DNA from: Centroscyllium fabricii
Taxonomy: Eukaryota
Reading direction: 5' to 3'
Assembly: GCA_051313645.2 (NCBI GenBank)
Contig: JBNRSN020000012.1
Location: forward strand, 52,824,001 to 52,888,000
Length of the DNA: 64,000 nt
The stretch's first letter is position 1. Every line of letters starts with the position of its first letter. Under the pieces are notes generated by a model. That model had not been told where the DNA came from and did no database searches. It worked only from the letters and a program-made list of their open reading frames with translations. This document shows positions 58,560-64,000 of the stretch, one piece after another. The translations under genes and the position numbers were made by a program.

Positions 58560-59750
58560 GTCTTTTGCTGCATCCCTCATAAGAGACTGTTAACTAAGGT
58601 TGAAGCCCACGGAATTGAAGGCAAATTATAGACCTGGTTAGGAAATTGGCTGAGCGGCAGGAGACGGGCAGTAGGGATAATGGGCAGGTCCTCTAATTGG
58701 CAGGATGTGACTCGCGGTGCCCCGCAGGGTCTCAACTATTTATCGTACTGTATTTATTAACGACTTAGATGATGACCGGGGTTAGACCACACCTGGAGTA
58801 CTGTGAGCAGTTCTGGGCACCACACCTTAGGAAGGATATATTGGCCTTGGAGGGAGTGCAGCGTAGATTTACCAGAATGATAACCAGACTCCAGGGTTTA
58901 AATTACAAGAGATTACACAAACTAAGTTTGTATTCCTTGGAATTTACAAGGGTAAGGGGTGATTTGAGCAAAGTGTTCAGGATAATAAGGTGAACACATA
59001 GGGTAGATAGAAAGAAACTATTTCTGTTGGTTGGGGAAGTTTAAGACTAGGGGTCATAGTCTAGAATTAGAGCCAGACCTTTCAGGAGTGAAATTAGGAA
59101 ACACTTCTACACAAAGGGAGGTAGAAGTTTGGAACTCTCTTCCGCAAATGACCATTAATGCTACATCAATTGTTAACTTTAAATCTGAAATTGATAGATT
59201 TTTGTTCACCAAAGGTATTAAGGGATATGGGGCAAAGGCTGGTATATGGAGTATATGGCGGCACGGTGGCTCAGTGGCTAGCACTGTTGCCTCACAGCAC
59301 TGGAGACCCGGGTTTAAAATCCAGCCTCGGGTACTATCTGTGTGGAGTTTGCACATTCTCCCCGTGTCTGCGTGGGTTTCCTCCGGGTGCTCCGGTTTCC
59401 TCCCACAGTCCAAAGATGTGCGGGTTAGGTTGATTGGCCATGATAAATCGTCCCTTAGTGTTAGGGGGATTGAATATGTGGGGTTACGGGGATAGGGTGG
59501 GATATGTGTCGATGCAGGCTCGATAGGGATCGAGGGATATGGGGAGAGGGCAGGGGCAGGATACTGGGTTTGGATGATCAGCCATGATCTCATTGAATGG
59601 CGGAGCAGGCTCGAAGGGCCGAATGGCCGACTCCTGCTCCTAGTTTCTATGTTTCTATGAGTTAGGTCGCAGATCAGCAATGATTTCACTGAATGGCGGG
59701 GCAGGCTCGAAGGGCTAAATGGCCTCCTCCTGCTACTATGTTCCCATGTA
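58560..59750 (+). mobile_element. CR1 fragments interrupted by a full-length HE1-type SINE (59257-59660)
   Basis: RPHLEYCEQFWAP; SINE with head, V core and CR1 tail. Confidence 0.87.
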
Positions 59751-61359
59751 CATGGACAGTAGGAAATTGTTCAGGTTGCGATAATTCTGCACATGTTAAG
59801 CTCCATATGTTGTAGCTGTTTGTGGCCAACAGGACCTAGATGTCAATACCAATTTAAAATAAGTTCAATATTTCATTTGCATCTATTTTCTGTTACAATA
59901 TAGGAACTATATATCTAATTTGTCGGGCAACTAGGCCACTACCACAAATCTAACTAACCATACAGTCAAACCTCCTTGTTAAATTTAGCATCTGTAAATG
60001 ACCCAGGTTCCTGAAATGGCTCATGTACTATTGGTTTTAATTAACTTTAGACTCAAGCCTCACAAAATTCTACATGCACTTCATCAAAATTTGTACTGTA
60101 GACATTTTCTCAATGTAGTTTGACAAACTGTAACAAAGTGAAATATTGCACTTGCATCAGTCAGATAGCCAACTACACTAAACAGGAAACTATCACAACA
60201 AATGCAAAAATTACTCAGCAACAGAAGAGTTGCAAATAAAAAACATATTTTATCAACATAACTTTGAAAGACATTCCTTCCCAATTGTTAATCCCACAGT
60301 TAGATTCAGTAAATGCAGATGTGGTGGATTTTCCCTTTTAATCCACGAACAAAAAATATTAAATTTGTCCTAAAGGCCTGAATATTGTATTATTCATCTC
60401 CATACAGCCACTATTGCAGTAACCAACATATTCCAGTTGCTTTCTCATTGTGAGAGATATAGTTCTTAGAGTTGGAGGTGTCGGGGGATATGGGGAGAGG
60501 GTAGGAGGGGGGTGCTGGGTTTGGAAGATCAGCCATGATCTCATCAAAAATGGCGGAGCAGGCTCGAAAGGCCGAATGGCCTACTCCTGCTCCTATCTTC
60601 TGTGTTTCTGCGTTCTGTGTTAACTGCTGTGAATCGTACAACATAAATATTTTGAAAAAGCACACAGTTTTCCGCTACAGTAAATAAGGTTACTGAGCAA
60701 GCACTGCAATCCAATTACTGAAGATACAGCAGAAAAATCAGTATTTTTGTTTCAGAAGGCACTTAAAATAAAAAGAAAGATAGTGTCATTCTGCGAGGCT
60801 TCCTCCAGCTGTGTTGATTAATTGAATTTATATAACCGGTGCTGTGATAAATGAAGTAAGATAAACCAGTGGTATCAAACTCCAGTCTGATACACAATTT
60901 ATCACAGTGCGATAATATCACAATTGAAGCTGCTTCTTCTCCAATTACTGTCATAATCTACCATATTCAGGCAGGCACTTTACGGCAGCACCACCAATTA
61001 CAGCTGTACAAAAATGAAGCACAACTGTGACAGCTGTTTCTGTACCGTGGCCAGTGGCAAATCTGGCGACACAGTCGGAGCTGATGGAGCTCGGTACATG
61101 ATTCACACGAGCTGCATGACTCAGCAGTAAAGGTGGTAGTTGGGCCTAAACAGCTTAGAAAACTGAAAACTTCAGACACCTTAAGGAATTTTCAATATGT
61201 TGGCCAGGAGCACCTGGAGAGTCAAGACTGCTGAGAATCTTGTGTGTTTGTAACAAACCCCATCAAAGTGAAAGAAAAAAATAAAATGTAAGTGATTAAG
61301 TGTGATGGGGCACCAAAGTACTGTGCCATCGAGTATAATTAAGGTGATCTCGGCTGACA

Positions 61360-61742
61360 ATACAGTACAATACTGATAGAATGCTGCACTGTCAGAGGTG
61401 CTGTCTTTTGGATGGGACCTTAAACCAAGGCCCCATCTACCCACTTGTGTACTTAAAAGATCCCTTGGTACTATTCAAAGAGGAGCAGGGGTGTTCTCCC
61501 AGTGTTCCGGACAATATTTATCTCTCAAACATCACTAAAACAGATTATCCCTCAAACATCACTAAAACAGATTATCCAGTCATTTATCTCATTGTTGTTA
61601 GTGGAATCTTGCTGTGTGCAAATTAACAGCTACACTTCCCCACATTACAACAGTGGCTACACAGAAGTTCTTCACTGGCTATAAGGCACTTTGGACATCC
61701 TGAAAGGTGCTATATACATGCAAGTTTTCTCTTTCTTTCTTT
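61360..61742 (+). mobile_element. Deu-domain SINE (SacSINE/AmnSINE-like)
   Basis: GCTGCACTGTCAGAGGTGCTGTCTTTTGGATG..TTAAACCAAGGCCCC..AAAGATCCCTTGGTACTATT..GAGGAGCAGGGG core; internal duplication of about 27 bp at about 61523-61577. Confidence 0.7.
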
Positions 61743-63166
61743 AAGAGCTCTCGCATTTCATCAGATTACTGACCCTTAATAGTCGCCTCACCCAACGCCC
61801 AAACTACATTTGTCAGCCTTAACTTTTGTGAAGGTTTTCACAGATAATAAAAGCACGGATAAGTTTTCATTAGAGGCTCAATCCCCCGTATTTGAGCTGA
61901 ATAAGCTGCCTCAAACAGGCCAGCAGTTAGGGTACTCCTGTTGTCCTCAGCGCCTACGAGTTAACATGAAAAGCTGAAATGTCTGTTAAAATAAGTTGAG
62001 TTTCAAACTTCAGTCAACAACTGTGGCAAATAATGAATGGCTGTCAGAATTTCACAATAAACGGATACAAGATGATCACCCTAACACCACAAAATAGATC
62101 TCTTTCATCTGGCACCGTGGGCCAGAATTTCCTTGATCCAACTTATGCCAAAATTACACTGATCTTGCCGACAGACAATTATGCTGAAATTTCCCACGAA
62201 TCTCATCAGTATACGTCAGAATGGAAAAAGCCAGCATACAACGGAAACAATCGGGGGCCGTGGAAATCGTGAAACAGCACAGCATGTTTAAGAAAATAAA
62301 ACTGGAAGCTTTTCCCTTTTTAATGTAACAGGGCCTGATGCCATAAAAAAGCATTCAAAGATATAGGAAATACAGCACATCGCCACAAGGAGAAATACAT
62401 TATTTTGCCAAAATGCTGTGAAGCACCAGTAATAGCGACTTCAGGACATACTGCGCCTAAACTTTTGGGCATAAATTTATGCCCATTCAGGACTGGCGTC
62501 AATGCAGGAAACTAGCATTCTCTGGTCTTTTGCATGAGGCGCGGAGCTACGTTAAGCCAAGTGGGGTTCCGGCGGACATAATTTGGGAATAGGACAAATG
62601 ATCGAGGAAATTTGTGCGTAACCACATTTCAGCATAAAACCAGCATAATCAGTTACGTGCAAGTTCCTCTGAAAAAGCAGTATTCCTACAATGTAGCTGC
62701 ATAAATATATTCCAGGAGAGTCTAGGCTTATATGCTTTTAAATGGTAGGTTTCCTGGATACAGAGTCTATCTATTACAAAAGGTTAAAGACCTTCACTGA
62801 ACCATCTCTGCCTTTCAAGACTAGAACCATATGTGGAAAGAACTGGCAGAAATTGGGCGAGATTTAAAACATTATTCCAGGACAATGAACTCAGCCTGAG
62901 GTCAAAAAGATGTCTAGCAGAATTACATATTAAACTTACATGAGCGTAGTCAATATTCCTTCAGAGACACAGAGGGAATACTTAAGGAATTGCTCTCTGA
63001 TTCAGGAAGAATTGGATTCCTATTTTCCAGATAAAGGAAATTGCGCACAACAAGCTCCCACAAACAACAATTAATTAAATGGCCAGATAATCTGTTTTAG
63101 GCCTTGGCAAGGACTCTCGATCTCTTCCTCGAATAGTGCCGTGGGATCTTTTACATCCACCTGAGA

Positions 63167-64000
63167 TGTTCCTCGGGGTCCACATCTCGGAAGATCTCTC
63201 CTGGTTACTAAACACCTCCTCTCTGGTTAAAGGCCCTGTCACACCTAGACGTTTTAGCCAGCGTATGCAAATTTGGCTAAAACGCTGGGTTACGTCGGAT
63301 ACGTTATGGGTACGTTATGCATACGTTAAGAGCACGCTGGCATACGCTGGCCATACGTTGCATACGTCGTTGTACTTCGAATAAGTCAAGAATTTTTGAG
63401 CATGCACAAAATTTCTCGACTTATCTTGCGTATGATTCACACGTTCCGCATACGCTGGCCATACGTTGTAGGCACGTTAGGCGATCGTTGACACACGTCG
63501 ACACACGTTACTTGTAAGTTAGTCATAAGTCAAAAGACGTCGAGATAATTTCTAAGCGTACCCGGAACTTATTTCTAACCTATGAGTAACGTGCTTTGAA
63601 CCTATGTGTAACGTATCTCCAACGCATATTGACGACCACAGAACTTACTGAACGTGTTTGCTACCGTATAATACGGTATATGCATACGTCCAACTCGTTA
63701 TGAATACGCTATTAAACGCCCAAAGTTCAGCGTAACCCAGCGTTTTAGCCAAATTTGCATACGCTGGCTAAAACATCAAGGTGTGACAGGGCCTTAAGAA
63801 GGCCCAACAGCGTCTGTACTTCCTAAGGAAGCTGAAGAAAGCCAGGCTGTCATCCGGCATCCTCTCCAACTTCTACCGCTGCACAATCGAAAGCAGACTG
63901 CCAAGCTGCATCACAGTCTGGTATGGAAATTGCACTATCTCGGACTGGAAAACCCTGCAGCGGGTAGTCAAAACTGCCCAACGAATCACCGGTACCCAGC
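63167..64000 (+). mobile_element. Rex1/Babar-like LINE RT C-terminal fragment split by a MITE
   Basis: FLGVHISEDLSW..NTSSLV joins KKAQQRLYFLRKLKK..FYRCTIES..CITVWYGNC..LQRVVKTAQRITG. Confidence 0.8.
63231..63794. mobile_element. PIF/Harbinger-type MITE with TIRs of about 64 bp
   Basis: TAA TSD (63228-63230 / 63795-63797); TIR AGGCCCTGTCACACCT...GGGTTACG; interior rich in ACGT/TACG. Confidence 0.9.

Noticed and set aside
60967-61179. Cys-rich 70-aa ORF as a metallothionein- or toxin-like gene
   Set aside because: Non-ATG start, no recognisable cysteine pattern, no convincing splice or promoter context.

Overview
Eukaryotic, repeat-saturated intergenic or intronic DNA, most likely from a cartilaginous fish. 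This rests on HE1/V-SINE-type SINEs sharing a 3' tail with CR1 LINEs, Deu-domain SINEs and abundant Penelope fragments. I found no host protein-coding gene that I can support, and nearly all ORFs in the track derive from transposons. Contents: many CR1 pieces; an RTE with a 5' inversion; Rex1 and RTEX-like 3' ends; Penelope elements with minimal hammerhead ribozyme motifs; five Tigger/pogo-like MITEs; several PIF/Harbinger derivatives; a deleted endogenous retrovirus with an env remnant (9901-18584); and four Gypsy LTR elements. The most striking observation concerns two divergent Gypsy elements of one clade (13072-17764 minus; 40290-44873 plus, young with 2 LTR differences). Both lack a tRNA primer-binding site. 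In its place is a 13-nt perfect, covarying complement of their own LTR poly(A)-signal segment. Both also have a hairpin over the polypurine tract and a YLDN rather than YxDD reverse-transcriptase motif. This suggests a tRNA-independent (self-priming and/or poly(A)-occluding) design. All coordinates were read by eye; ends of degenerate fragments are approximate.
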